From positions 7,938-71,937 of the forward strand of contig JASJGS010000121.1 of NCBI GenBank assembly GCA_033791445.1: 64,000 bases of DNA, in the 5' to 3' direction. This document shows, piece by piece, positions 21,031 through 31,361 of the stretch (position 1 is its first letter; each line of letters opens with the position of its first letter). Position numbers and translations under genes: made by a program. The notes below the pieces were generated by a model that saw only the letters and a list, made by a program, of their open reading frames with translations, searched no databases and was not told the origin of the DNA. The DNA comes from Bacteroidales bacterium. GTDB taxonomy: Bacteria > Bacteroidota > Bacteroidia > Bacteroidales > VadinHA17.

Positions 21031-24000
21031 GTGAATCCATTTACTCATTTACATGTTCATACCCAGTATTCAATTTTGGACGGTGCTTCAAGCGTTCCCC
21101 TCTTATTAAAGAAGGCTAAAGAAAATAACATGACTGCAGTTGCCATAACAGACCATGGTAACCTTTTTGGAGCAAAACATTTTTATGATACCGCCCGAGC
21201 AAACGGAATAAAACCAATTATCGGATGTGAAGTCTATGTTTCAAGGAACAGTCGATTAGCAAAAGCTGAAAAATCAGACCGAGGAGGAAACCATCTTATA
21301 TTGCTGGCAAAAAATAAATTAGGATATCAAAACTTATCCAAACTGGTTAGCATGGCCTGGATTGAAGGCCATTATTACAAACCCAGAATTGATAAAGCTC
21401 TTCTTGAAAAATACTCTGAAGGAATCATTGCATCTTCAGCCTGTTTAGGTGGAGAAGTTCCTCAGGCTTTCTTAAATAATGATGAAGCTGCTGCTGAAGA
21501 GTCTGTTTTATGGTTCAAACAACTCTTTGGAGAAGATTATTACCTGGAGCTTCAACGTCATAAAACGGGAGATCCTGAAATTGATAGTGATACATTCACC
21601 AAGCAAGAGAAGGTAAACAATAAGCTCATCCAAATTGCAAAAAAACATAATATCAAAATCATTGCTACCAACGATGTTCATTTTATAAATGAAGAAGACG
21701 CAGAGGCACATGACAGGCTTATATGTTTGAATACGGGGAAAGATCTTGATGACCCCAACCGATTAAGATATACACAACAGGAATGGTTTAAATCCCAGGA
21801 AGAGATGAATGAACTTTTCTCAGACATTCCCGTAGCTCTTGAAAATACAATGGAGGTGGCCGCAAAAGTATCAGATTACGAATTGGACAGGACACCTATA
21901 ATGCCTGATTTTCCGATTCCTGATAATTTTAAAGATGCAGATGAATATCTCCGTCATATATCATTTGAGGGGGCAAAAGAAAGATACGAAACTATAACCG
22001 ATGAAATCAAAGAAAGAATCGAATTCGAATTATCGGTTATAAAAAATATGGGTTACCCCGGATACTTTCTTATCGTACATGAAGTATTGAAAGCTGCGAG
22101 GGAAATGGGTGTATCTGTAGGTCCGGGACGTGGTTCTGCTGCTGGATCTGTGGTTGCCTACAGCCTGCGAATAATTGATATTGATCCTTTGAAATATGGA
22201 CTCCTGTTTGAAAGGTTTTTAAATCCTGATCGAATTAGTCTTCCTGATATTGATATTGATTTTGATGAAGATGGCCGTGACGATGTATTAAAATGGGTAG
22301 TTAACAGGTATGGGAAGGAAAGAGTAGCCCATATAATTACCTTTGGAACTATGGCTGCAAAAATGGCCATCAGAGATATTGCAAGAGTTCAAAAGCTCCC
22401 TTTACCTGAAGCAGACAGGCTTGCCAAACTTGTTCCCGAAAGACCCAAGGTCACTCTTGCTGATGCCTACAAAGAGGTAAAAGAGCTCAGAGAAGCAAAA
22501 GATTCTGATAACCCTCTGATTTCCCAAACCTTAAAATATGCCCAGATATTGGAGGGCTCAAAACGACATACCGGCGTGCATGCCTGTGGTATAATTATTG
22601 GGAAATCTGATCTAATAGACCATATTCCATTATGCACATCAAAGGATTCAGACTTAATGGTAACCCAATTTGATGGAGATTATGTGGAAAGCGTAGGAAT
22701 GTTAAAGATGGACTTCCTCGGCCTAAAGACATTGTCAAAAATCAGGGATGCTGTGGAAAATATAAAAGAGTCAAAAGGCATTGACCTGGACATTGAATCC
22801 ATTCCATTAGACGATCCTAAGACTTTTGAATTATTTAGTAATGGGGAAACGACGGCATTGTTCCAGTTTGAGTCTGATGGAATGAAAAAGCACTTGAAGG
22901 AGCTTAAGCCAAACAGGTTTGAAGACCTGATTGCCATGAATGCTCTTTATCGCCCCGGACCTATGGATTATATTCCAAAATTCATCAGCCGCAAGCATGG
23001 TAAATCAAAAATCCAGTATGACTTGCCTGTAATGGAAGAGTACCTGAAGGACACTTACGGTATTACAGTTTACCAGGAACAGGTGATGCAGCTTTCAATG
23101 GCTATGGCTGATTTTACCAGAGGTGAGGCAGATTCCCTGAGGAAGGCCATGGGAAAGAAAAAGAAGAAAGAGATGGATAAACTCAAGGAGAAATTCCTTG
23201 AAGGATCAGCTAAAAATAATATAGATAAAAAAATAGCAGAGCAGGTTTGGCATGATTGGGAAGCATTTGCCCAATATGCTTTCAATAAATCCCATTCCAC
23301 CTCCTATGCATATGTTGCATATCGTACTGCCTATTTGAAAGCTCATTATCCATCAGAATATATGGCAGCTGTATTAAGCAGGGAGATAAAAGACATCAAA
23401 AAAATCACCCAATATATGGATGAGTCGAAGCGGATGGGCATATCTGTACTCGGACCTGATGTAAACGAAAGTAATATCAAATTTACTGTGAATAAAGAGG
23501 GAAACATCCGGTTTGGACTTGGTGCTATAAAAGGAGTAGGGAAAAATGCTGCTGCAGAGATAGTAAAAGAAAGAAAACAAAATGGGCCATTCACAGACAT
23601 TTTTGATTTTGTTGAACGGGTTGATCTGTACTCGGTAAACAAGAAAAACCTTGAAGCATTAGCTATTTCAGGATCTTTCGACAACTTCGAAAACATAAAA
23701 AGAGAACAATATTTTGCAGAAACCAACTCTGGTTCAACCTTTACTGAAGATCTAATACGATATGGCAATCGAGTAAGTCAGGAAAAAAATACTACCCAAC
23801 AATCTCTTTTTGGTGAAGCTGAAAATTTTGAATTTGCCAAACCTGCAGCACCCATAGTACAAGAATGGTCAAAAGTTGATAAGCTTAAAAAAGAAAAGGA
23901 ATTGGTGGGCGTATATATTTCTGCGCACCCATTGGATGATTTCAAATTTGAAATAAACTCATTTAGTAATGTTACTCTGAATGAACTGGATGATCTGAAA

Positions 24001-24513
24001 TCTCAGTTAGGCAAAGATCTCTCGATATGCGGAATTGTTTCAGAATTCAAAACAGGCATGTCAAAGAATGGGAAGCCCTACGGATTTTTAACAATACAGG
24101 ATTATAGAGAGTCTTTTAGAATTGCTCTATTTAATTCAGATTTCTTAAAATATCAACAATATTTTAAGGAGGGATTGTCATTGCTCATTAAAGGAAAGGT
24201 TGAGGCTTCCTATTACAGGGAAGGTGAACATGAATTTAAAGTAAAAAGTGTTCATCTATTGACGGAAGCTCGTGATGAGTTTGTGAAGTCTGTTCAACTT
24301 AGCCTTCCTGTTTCAATTATCACACCTGAATTCGTTAATGAACTGGAAAAAGTTTCATCTACCAAGGGGAATATTTTATTCAAATTTAATATCTTTGACC
24401 CGGGTGAAAAACTTAGTATTAATTTATTCTCCCGAACAAAGAGGATAAAAATCTCTGATCGGTTTTTAGATTTTATTGATCATCAACCCGGAGTTGAAAT
24501 TTCAGTAAAGTAG
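21031..24513 (+). CDS. dnaE: DNA polymerase III alpha subunit
   Basis: PHP-domain start FTHLHVHTQYSILDGA. 1160 aa. GTG is the first canonical in-frame start after a TAA. Confidence 0.95.
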   Translation: MNPFTHLHVHTQYSILDGASSVPLLLKKAKENNMTAVAITDHGNLFGAKHFYDTARANGIKPIIGCEVYVSRNSRLAKAEKSDRGGNHLILLAKNKLGYQNLSKLVSMAWIEGHYYKPRIDKALLEKYSEGIIASSACLGGEVPQAFLNNDEAAAEESVLWFKQLFGEDYYLELQRHKTGDPEIDSDTFTKQEKVNNKLIQIAKKHNIKIIATNDVHFINEEDAEAHDRLICLNTGKDLDDPNRLRYTQQEWFKSQEEMNELFSDIPVALENTMEVAAKVSDYELDRTPIMPDFPIPDNFKDADEYLRHISFEGAKERYETITDEIKERIEFELSVIKNMGYPGYFLIVHEVLKAAREMGVSVGPGRGSAAGSVVAYSLRIIDIDPLKYGLLFERFLNPDRISLPDIDIDFDEDGRDDVLKWVVNRYGKERVAHIITFGTMAAKMAIRDIARVQKLPLPEADRLAKLVPERPKVTLADAYKEVKELREAKDSDNPLISQTLKYAQILEGSKRHTGVHACGIIIGKSDLIDHIPLCTSKDSDLMVTQFDGDYVESVGMLKMDFLGLKTLSKIRDAVENIKESKGIDLDIESIPLDDPKTFELFSNGETTALFQFESDGMKKHLKELKPNRFEDLIAMNALYRPGPMDYIPKFISRKHGKSKIQYDLPVMEEYLKDTYGITVYQEQVMQLSMAMADFTRGEADSLRKAMGKKKKKEMDKLKEKFLEGSAKNNIDKKIAEQVWHDWEAFAQYAFNKSHSTSYAYVAYRTAYLKAHYPSEYMAAVLSREIKDIKKITQYMDESKRMGISVLGPDVNESNIKFTVNKEGNIRFGLGAIKGVGKNAAAEIVKERKQNGPFTDIFDFVERVDLYSVNKKNLEALAISGSFDNFENIKREQYFAETNSGSTFTEDLIRYGNRVSQEKNTTQQSLFGEAENFEFAKPAAPIVQEWSKVDKLKKEKELVGVYISAHPLDDFKFEINSFSNVTLNELDDLKSQLGKDLSICGIVSEFKTGMSKNGKPYGFLTIQDYRESFRIALFNSDFLKYQQYFKEGLSLLIKGKVEASYYREGEHEFKVKSVHLLTEARDEFVKSVQLSLPVSIITPEFVNELEKVSSTKGNILFKFNIFDPGEKLSINLFSRTKRIKISDRFLDFIDHQPGVEISVK

Positions 24514-24560
24514 TCGAAAAGGGTTTAAAAAATAGTATTTATCTTAAATTATTAATTATT

Positions 24561-24878
24561 ATGAGTGTAGAAGCTACCGATGCCAATTTTGAGGAGTTAG
24601 TTCTCAAGTCTGATAAGCCTGTAATAGTAGATTTCTGGGCAGAATGGTGCGGACCATGTAGAATGGTTGGCCCCCTCCTTTCTGAATTGTCTGATGATTT
24701 TGAAGGTAAGGCAGTTATTGCCAAATTAGATGTTGACAGTAACCCCAACGTTACTATGAAATATGGAATCAGGAATATTCCAACAGTTTTGTATTTTAAA
24801 GATGGGGAAGTAGTTGACAAGCAGGTTGGAGCAGTACCAAAAACACAATTTCAATCAAAACTTGAAGCAATACTTTAA
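24561..24878 (+). CDS. trxA: Thioredoxin
   Basis: 105 aa with a WCGPC active site. Confidence 0.95.
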   Translation: MSVEATDANFEELVLKSDKPVIVDFWAEWCGPCRMVGPLLSELSDDFEGKAVIAKLDVDSNPNVTMKYGIRNIPTVLYFKDGEVVDKQVGAVPKTQFQSKLEAIL

Positions 24879-24898
24879 TTACTAGGAAAAAAGGAGTT

Positions 24899-24928
24899 AA
24901 AGGCATGGGGTTACCTATGCCTTTTTTT
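24899..24928 (+). terminator. Rho-independent terminator after trxA
   Basis: Stem aaaggcat/atgccttt with a 10-nt loop, followed by a T-run. Confidence 0.7.
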
Positions 24929-24955
24929 ATGAATAAAGAACTTAATACTATTAAT

Positions 24956-25543
24956 ATGTATCGCTTGAGAGTTTCTGTCTTCTGTAGTTCCAGCAGTTTG
25001 GTTTCACAAAAATTTATCGATGAAAGTGTTGAACTTGCTAAAAGCCTTGTTAATGAAAACCATTTGGTTCAATATGGTGGTGGAGCTGTTGGGTTAATGG
25101 GACATCTTTCAAAAACAGTTTTATTCTTAAATGGCAACATACGTGGTTTTATACCACAGTTTATGATTGATGAAGGATGGAATAATGTCGATGTAAAAGA
25201 CATGGTTGTTGTCAAAGACATGCAAGATCGTAAAAGAGAAATCATGATGGAAACCGATGCTATTGTTTCGCTTGCCGGAGGTTATGGGACATTAGAGGAA
25301 CTTACCGAGGCCATAACCTTAAAGCAACTTGGTTTAATAGATATCCCAATTATTATTGTTAATACCGATGGGTTTTACAATCCTTTATTGAAGATGTTTG
25401 AAAAGATGAAACAGGAGAACTTCATAAGGCCAGCCCATTGCGATATATGGCAAACTGTCAATAGAGCTATAGATGTTGTCCCTGCTCTACTTAACGCTCC
25501 AGCCTGGGATGCGGAGAATGCAAGAAATTCTGCAGCTATTTAA
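24956..25543 (+). CDS. LOG family (TIGR00730) Rossmann-fold protein
   Basis: GGGxxGLMG and GGYGTLEE motifs. I moved the start to ATG 24956 because the upstream part of the ORF overlaps the trxA terminator. Confidence 0.8.
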   Translation: MYRLRVSVFCSSSSLVSQKFIDESVELAKSLVNENHLVQYGGGAVGLMGHLSKTVLFLNGNIRGFIPQFMIDEGWNNVDVKDMVVVKDMQDRKREIMMETDAIVSLAGGYGTLEELTEAITLKQLGLIDIPIIIVNTDGFYNPLLKMFEKMKQENFIRPAHCDIWQTVNRAIDVVPALLNAPAWDAENARNSAAI

Positions 25544-25555
25544 TCGACCATATAA

Positions 25556-25732
25556 ATAATCCAGGAATACTTAAATGGATCTGCAGATGATTCTTTTGTG
25601 GATATTTATTCTGGTATGATTGACTATAATGTATTGCCAAGGAAAGAACTTTTTATCCAGGATGGATTGCATATGTCCGGTGAAGGATATAGCCTTTTGC
25701 CCAAGGTTTTAAAACCCCACCTGGAGGAATGA
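25556..25732 (+). pseudogene. C-terminal remnant of an SGNH/GDSL hydrolase gene
   Basis: Own translation: IIQEYLNGSADDSFVDIYSGMIDYNVLPRKELFIQDGLHMSGEGYSLLPKVLKPHLEE*. It contains the block V DGxH motif. There is no start codon and no N-terminal GDS block, and a stop lies immediately upstream. Confidence 0.6.
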
Positions 25733-25734
25733 AA

Positions 25735-26790
25735 TTATTTATTATAAATTTTTAAATCAGATTGCCATGTGCGGTACATTTGATTGGATTCCATTTCCAA
25801 GCTGGGAGCCACAATCCCCTTTGTAATCTCCTGTTCTCCAGTAAACACCCTTGCCTCATCCCATAAATCAGATTTGATAAGGCTGTTTAGAGTTTTTGCA
25901 CCCCCCTCCACAAAAACAGAAACAATCTCCTGCTCAAATAAGTAGTTCATAATCTGAGGCCAGATGGATACATTAAAATCAATCACTTTTGTTCCAATAG
26001 CACTGGCCTTATTCCCCAGTTGAGCAGTAAACAATATTACCCGTGATGGATCTTTAAACACTTTGTATTCTGGTTTTAATCTCAATGTACGGTCAATTAT
26101 CAAACGTATGGGTGATGTACCTGCCCAATTCCTTACATCCAAAGCTGGATCATCAACTTCAACAGTATTTGTTCCCACAAGAATTGAATGTTCTTCTGAG
26201 CGCCACTTATGAACCAGCATACGTTCGTTAGGTCCGGTAATCCAATTTGGGCCCGTTTTATCATTTTTATCTCTGGAAATATCTATGAATCCATCAGAAG
26301 ATTGCGCCCACTTAAGAATTATATAGGGCCTCTTTTTTTCATGGAAGGTAAAAAACCTTTTGTTTAGCAATCTGCTCTCTTCTTCCAAAACACCAACCTC
26401 TACCTTACATCCCTCTTTTTTTAATTTCTCAATTCCTTTTCCGGCAGATTTGGAGCTGGTATCAATGGCAGCAATAACTATCCTTCGAATACCTGAGCGA
26501 ATTATCAAGTCTGTACATGGTGGTGTTTTCCCACTGTGAGAACAGGGTTCCAGGTTAACATATAAGGTGCTTTTTCTAAGAAAATCCTTCTCCTTTACCG
26601 AACGAATAGCGTTTACCTCTGCATGATTCTCCCCAAATTTTTGATGGTAACCCTCTCCAATTATTCTATCATTGTAGGTAACAACCGAACCCACCAAAGG
26701 GTTTGAGAGCGTATTTCCCAGACCTTTTCCGGCAAGGTGTAAACACCTTTTCATAAAATGTGTATGATTTAAAATCAGGGAACGTTCCAT
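25735..26790 (-). CDS. ribD: Bifunctional riboflavin biosynthesis protein RibD (deaminase/reductase)
   Basis: Deaminase zinc motifs HAE...PCSH...C, and a C-terminal reductase domain. 351 aa. Confidence 0.9.
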   Translation of the reverse strand: MERSLILNHTHFMKRCLHLAGKGLGNTLSNPLVGSVVTYNDRIIGEGYHQKFGENHAEVNAIRSVKEKDFLRKSTLYVNLEPCSHSGKTPPCTDLIIRSGIRRIVIAAIDTSSKSAGKGIEKLKKEGCKVEVGVLEEESRLLNKRFFTFHEKKRPYIILKWAQSSDGFIDISRDKNDKTGPNWITGPNERMLVHKWRSEEHSILVGTNTVEVDDPALDVRNWAGTSPIRLIIDRTLRLKPEYKVFKDPSRVILFTAQLGNKASAIGTKVIDFNVSIWPQIMNYLFEQEIVSVFVEGGAKTLNSLIKSDLWDEARVFTGEQEITKGIVAPSLEMESNQMYRTWQSDLKIYNK

Positions 26791-26814
26791 CTTAAAAAAG
26801 CAAACAATAATTAG

Positions 26815-26822
26815 TAAATTTG
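26815..26822 (+). promoter_or_regulatory. Bacteroidota -7 promoter box TAAATTTG
   Basis: TAnnTTTG match 27 nt upstream of the prmC ATG. Confidence 0.45.
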
Positions 26823-26848
26823 ACTACCAAAGAATTAATATCATTTGG

Positions 26849-27700
26849 ATGACAATAAAAGACATTCATCAGCAAATCCTATCAAGTTTAAATAACTTAT
26901 ACCCTGAAAAGGAAGTCAAAAACTTCTCATACTTGATACTAAATTCCATTTTTAATTATTCCAGGTATCAAATACATGAGAATTTTGAGAAGCCAGTCAA
27001 TGAAAGTCAATATGCCAAAATTAAGAATATTGTTGAGGAGTTAAAAATATATAAGCCAATCCAATACATATTTAAGAAAACAGAATTTTACAATTGTATG
27101 CTAAGTGTCACAGAGGATGTTCTTATCCCTCGTCCTGAAACGGAAGAACTTGTTGATTGGATTATTCAGGATCAACCCAAAGAAGGAAGTTATATACTTG
27201 ATATAGGTACCGGAAGTGGATGTATTGCCATTTCCCTGGCAAAAAACCTTCCACATTCAAGAGTATCGGCTATGGATATTTCTCAGAAAGCAATAAAAAT
27301 AGCCAGTTCCAATGCTGTTGAAAATAGCACAGAAATCAATCTTTTTCAAGGCGATATATTTAATTTGCCTAAAGAAATTAAAACCAATCAGTTCGATATC
27401 ATTGTTAGCAACCCTCCCTATGTCAGAGAAAGTGAGAAAGCATTGATGAAGCCTAATGTATTAGACTGGGAACCTGAAATTTCCCTATTTGTGCCGGATG
27501 AAGACCCACTGATTTTTTATAAAGAAATAATAAGGATGGCTTCTAAATCCCTAATCAGCAATGGCCAAATATTCCTTGAGATAAATGAAGTTTTCCCTGA
27601 GGAAATAAAGAATATTTTAGCCAAGTATAAATTTGCATCCATTGAAATCAGAAAAGATATTTCAGGGAAATCCAGGATGGTAAAAGCAGTTAAAAAATAA
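26849..27700 (+). CDS. prmC: Release factor glutamine N5-methyltransferase
   Basis: SAM motif DIGTGSGCI and catalytic NPPY. Confidence 0.9.
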   Translation: MTIKDIHQQILSSLNNLYPEKEVKNFSYLILNSIFNYSRYQIHENFEKPVNESQYAKIKNIVEELKIYKPIQYIFKKTEFYNCMLSVTEDVLIPRPETEELVDWIIQDQPKEGSYILDIGTGSGCIAISLAKNLPHSRVSAMDISQKAIKIASSNAVENSTEINLFQGDIFNLPKEIKTNQFDIIVSNPPYVRESEKALMKPNVLDWEPEISLFVPDEDPLIFYKEIIRMASKSLISNGQIFLEINEVFPEEIKNILAKYKFASIEIRKDISGKSRMVKAVKK

Positions 27701-27717
27701 AATCATTCGTTTGTTCA

Positions 27718-28206
27718 ATGGGAAAAAATAAAAACAAGCAGCCAAAAAAACTAGAGCAATATTTGAATAAAGCAAAGAATCTTTGTTCAAAACAAGAGAA
27801 ATGCAGATCGGAGATATTAAAGAAGCTTGATGAATGGGATGCTTCTGAGGAATATCATGAAAGAATAATCGAAATCCTTTTAGATGAGAAATACATCGAT
27901 GAGGTAAGATATTCATCAAGTTTTGTAAGGTCAAAATTCAGACAGAATAAATGGGGAAGAATTAAGCTAAAGTACGCCTTACAACAAAAGAACATACCCC
28001 AGGAAATAATTCAGGAAGTAATTTATAATGAAATTCCAGAAGAAGCATATGAAGAATGTCTTCACCAATTGCTTGTTAATAAAAACCTGGGCCTAAAAGG
28101 GGACCACAAAATGAAGAAGCTTTCAAAAATGATTTCTTTTGGCACCAATAAAGGCTTTGAATATGAAATTGTTAAGAGTTTCTCAGAAAACATCCTTTCT
28201 AAATAG
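27718..28206 (+). CDS. recX: RecX family regulatory protein
   Basis: 162 aa of helical repeats, with a C..QE.C....KL N-terminal pattern typical of RecX. Confidence 0.7.
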   Translation: MGKNKNKQPKKLEQYLNKAKNLCSKQEKCRSEILKKLDEWDASEEYHERIIEILLDEKYIDEVRYSSSFVRSKFRQNKWGRIKLKYALQQKNIPQEIIQEVIYNEIPEEAYEECLHQLLVNKNLGLKGDHKMKKLSKMISFGTNKGFEYEIVKSFSENILSK

Positions 28207-28281
28207 GAGAAATAAGAATTCACGACCATTTAACATTGAAAACTTTACTTGTAAGAGTCTGTAAATTCGTGGCATATTCTG

Positions 28282-28289
28282 TACTTTTG
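28282..28289 (+). promoter_or_regulatory. Bacteroidota -7 promoter box TACTTTTG (prfB)
   Basis: TAnnTTTG match 29 nt upstream of the ATG at 28318. Confidence 0.5.
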
Positions 28290-28317
28290 TATGAATTACT
28301 AAAATAGAATTGAATAT

Positions 28318-29410
28318 ATGGTATCACAGGAACAATTAAAAGATATTGAAAAGCGTCGGGATGCGCTGAGGAGGTATCTTTGACATCGAACAAAAAGAAT
28401 TATTTGTAAAAGGAGAAGAAATCAAAACTCAGGCTGAAGATTTTTGGAATGACCCAAAAGCTGCCGAAGAACAACTTAAGGTAGTCTCAAAAACTAAAGT
28501 CTGGCTAAATGCATATAACAATATACAAACTGCCCTGGACGACCTGGGAGTAATATATGATTTTGTAAAAGAGGGAGAGGCTACAGAAGAGGAATTAGAC
28601 CAACAATTTAATACAACCCTTAAATTAATCGAAAACCTCGAGCTTAAAAACATGCTTAGAATGGAGGAAGACTCCTTCGGCGCAATTGTGAAAATAAATT
28701 CGGGAGCAGGTGGCACTGAAAGCCTGGATTGGGCTGAAATGCTTATGAGAATGTACATTCGGTGGGGAGAAAGAAACAATTATAAGGTGCGGGAAATTGA
28801 TTACCAGCCAGGGGATGAAGCAGGCGTTAAATCCGTCACAATAGAATTAACGGGTGAGTTCGCCTACGGCTATTTAAAAAGTGAGAACGGGGTCCATCGT
28901 CTGGTTCGAATTTCGCCATTTAATGCTCAGGGAAAACGTCAAACAACATTTGCATCGGTTTTTGTATCGCCTGTCGTAGATGAAACAATTAATATAGAGA
29001 TCAACCCTGCTGACATTAGTTGGGAAACATATAGATCAAGTGGTGCGGGCGGGCAAAATGTAAATAAAGTTGAAACCGCTGTGCGACTCCGCCATGCTCC
29101 TACCGGGATTGTAATTGAAAACCAGGAAACACGTTCACAGCATAAAAATAAAGACAACGCTATGCGCTTGCTCAGGTCTCATCTTTATGAACTTGAATTA
29201 CGAAAGAAACTTGATGAGCAAGCAAAATTAGAAGGGGAAAAGTTGAAAATTGAGTGGGGCTCTCAAATCCGATCTTATGTTCTTCACCCCTATAAAATGG
29301 TTAAAGATTTACGAACAAATCACGAAACATCAAATACCCAGGCAGTACTTGATGGAGATTTGAATGATTTTATAAAATCATACCTGATGGAATTCGGTGG
29401 AAAACTCTAA
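28318..29410 (+). CDS. prfB: Peptide chain release factor 2, join(28318..28380,28382..29410) via programmed +1 frameshift
   Basis: Frame 0 gives [21 protein letters not shown], then TGA at 28381. The +1 frame continues [28 protein letters not shown]... into the tracked ORF 28652..29410, which contains SPF and GGQ ([11 protein letters not shown]). The total is about 363 aa. Confidence 0.93.
28369..28384 (+). promoter_or_regulatory. prfB +1 frameshift site: AGGAGG TAT CTT TGA C
   Basis: An SD-like AGGAGG lies 3 nt upstream of the slippery CTT followed by TGA C. This is the same architecture as the classical E. coli prfB site. Confidence 0.9.
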
Positions 29411-29434
29411 TTCTTAATTCAAGTTATATCAATA

Positions 29435-29776
29435 ATGTATAAAATTTATCACAATCCTAGATGCAGGAAAAGCCGGGAGGGGCTTGCTTATTTACAGGGG
29501 AAAACCAATGATTTTCAAGTCCGTGAATATTTGAAAGAACCTTTTACTGTTGATGAATTAAATCAAATCATATTAAAAACCGGAATGAAACCCTTCGATT
29601 TTGTACGGAAACAAGAAGATCTATACAAAAAAGAATTCAAAGGGAAGGACTTTTCCGATGCACAATGGATCGATATTTTGGTAGCAAACCCAAAACTAAT
29701 TGAGAGACCCATTGTAGAGAGCGCCAAATTAGCCGTATTGGCCCAGCCACCTGAAAATATTAATGAAATCATATAA
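29435..29776 (+). CDS. ArsC/Spx-family reductase-like protein (YffB-type)
   Basis: 113 aa. N-terminal [11 protein letters not shown] carries a single Cys, and the C-terminus has ERPIV. Confidence 0.75.
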   Translation: MYKIYHNPRCRKSREGLAYLQGKTNDFQVREYLKEPFTVDELNQIILKTGMKPFDFVRKQEDLYKKEFKGKDFSDAQWIDILVANPKLIERPIVESAKLAVLAQPPENINEII

Positions 29777-29813
29777 TCAAGCCAATAATAACCACAATTT
29801 AAAATTTACTGAA

Positions 29814-31205
29814 ATGAAAGTACGTATTGAACATGACACTATGGGAGATGTAGAGGTGCCCGCTGATAAATATTGGGGAGCACAAACTCAAAGATCAAAA
29901 GACAACTTTAAGATTGGCAATGGTACTATGCCCATTGAAATTATCAAAGCTTTTGGAGTTCTTAAGAAAGCTGCGGCAATGGCCAATATGGAACTGGGGG
30001 TTTTAGCAGGAGATAAGGCGAAAATTATAATGCAAGTTTGTGATGAAGTTATTGATGGAAAGTTGGATGACAATTTTCCACTTGTTATTTGGCAAACTGG
30101 TTCTGGAACTCAAAGCAACATGAATGTAAATGAAGTAGTTTCAAACAGAGCTCATGTTGTACTTGGTGGAAAATTAGGAGAGGGCCAAAATTTCATTCAT
30201 CCAAATGACGATGTGAATAAATCACAATCATCAAACGACACCTTTCCAACTGCGATGCATATTGCCGGTTATGAAATGCTTACAAAAGTTACTATTCCGG
30301 GAGTAGAAAAATTAAGAAACACATTAGCTAAAAAAGCCGAGGAATATAAAAATATTGTAAAAACGGGTCGTACTCACTTAATGGATGCAACTCCTTTGAC
30401 ACTTGGGCAGGAGTTTTCTGCTTATGTATCGCAATTGGATCACGGTTTAAAGGCCCTCATAGCTACCCTTGATCATCTGTTGGAACTTGCTTTAGGAGGA
30501 ACTGCTGTTGGAACAGGATTAAATACCCCAAAAGGATATGATGTATTGGTTGCAGAAAAAATTGCCGAGATTACCGGAAATCCTTTTATTACTGCTGAAA
30601 ACAAATTTGAATCTCTTGCCGCTCATGATGCAATAGTTGAAACTTCCGGGGCATTAAAAACCCTGGCTGTGAGCCTAATGAAAATTGGAAATGACACTCG
30701 TTTATTGGGATCCGGACCTAGATGTGGAATTGGAGAAATAAACCTACCGGCCAATGAGCCTGGTTCTTCAATTATGCCCGGCAAAGTAAATCCTACACAA
30801 AATGAAGCACTAACCATGGTCTGTGCTCAGGTAATTGGAAACGACACAGCTATTTCTATTGGTGGCATGCAGGGGCATTTTCAGTTAAATGTATTTAAAC
30901 CTGTTATGATTTCTAATCTGCTTGAGTCAGCTAGGTTATTGGGAGATGCATGCGTATCGTTCAATGACAATTGCGCTGTGGGTATAGAACCAAACTTAGT
31001 AAACATCAAGAAGAATCTTGAGAATTCATTGATGCTTGTAACGGCACTAAATACCCATATCGGATATGAAAATGCAGCAAAAATTGCAAAGAAAGCACAT
31101 GCCGAAGGCACCACTTTAAAGGAAACAGCGCTTGCTCTTGACCTGGTAACTGAAGAGCAGTTTGATGAATGGGTCGATCCATCAAAAATGATTGGTTCAT
31201 TGTAA
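29814..31205 (+). CDS. fumC: Class II fumarate hydratase
   Basis: [13 protein letters not shown] signature. The N-terminus [16 protein letters not shown] is typical, so the start is set at ATG 29814. Confidence 0.93.
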   Translation: MKVRIEHDTMGDVEVPADKYWGAQTQRSKDNFKIGNGTMPIEIIKAFGVLKKAAAMANMELGVLAGDKAKIIMQVCDEVIDGKLDDNFPLVIWQTGSGTQSNMNVNEVVSNRAHVVLGGKLGEGQNFIHPNDDVNKSQSSNDTFPTAMHIAGYEMLTKVTIPGVEKLRNTLAKKAEEYKNIVKTGRTHLMDATPLTLGQEFSAYVSQLDHGLKALIATLDHLLELALGGTAVGTGLNTPKGYDVLVAEKIAEITGNPFITAENKFESLAAHDAIVETSGALKTLAVSLMKIGNDTRLLGSGPRCGIGEINLPANEPGSSIMPGKVNPTQNEALTMVCAQVIGNDTAISIGGMQGHFQLNVFKPVMISNLLESARLLGDACVSFNDNCAVGIEPNLVNIKKNLENSLMLVTALNTHIGYENAAKIAKKAHAEGTTLKETALALDLVTEEQFDEWVDPSKMIGSL

Positions 31206-31224
31206 TTACGCACAACAAAACACT

Positions 31225-31268
31225 TTCCTCCCCTGTTTTATTATAGTATGGGGAGGGATTTTCATTTT
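31225..31268 (+). terminator. Rho-independent terminator after fumC
   Basis: 9-bp stem ttcctcccc/ggggaggga with a 16-nt loop, followed by ttttcatttt. Confidence 0.6.
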
Positions 31269-31333
31269 ACCAGCTTATAAGATGAATTGTAACCCCAGTA
31301 TTGAATTATTGGCTTCATTCATTTAATTTTTTC

Positions 31334-31341
31334 TACTTTTG
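31334..31341 (+). promoter_or_regulatory. Bacteroidota -7 promoter box TACTTTTG
   Basis: TAnnTTTG match 21 nt upstream of the ATG at 31362. Confidence 0.45.
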
Positions 31342-31361
31342 ACTTTATAATTTACCTAGAA

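Noticed and set aside
26791-26848. FMN riboswitch upstream of ribD
   Set aside because: The divergent spacer is 58 nt, far too short for an FMN element.
28429-28779. 116-aa minus-strand ORF
   Set aside because: It is antisense to the prfB +1 frame, which is continuous with the conserved RF2 sequence.
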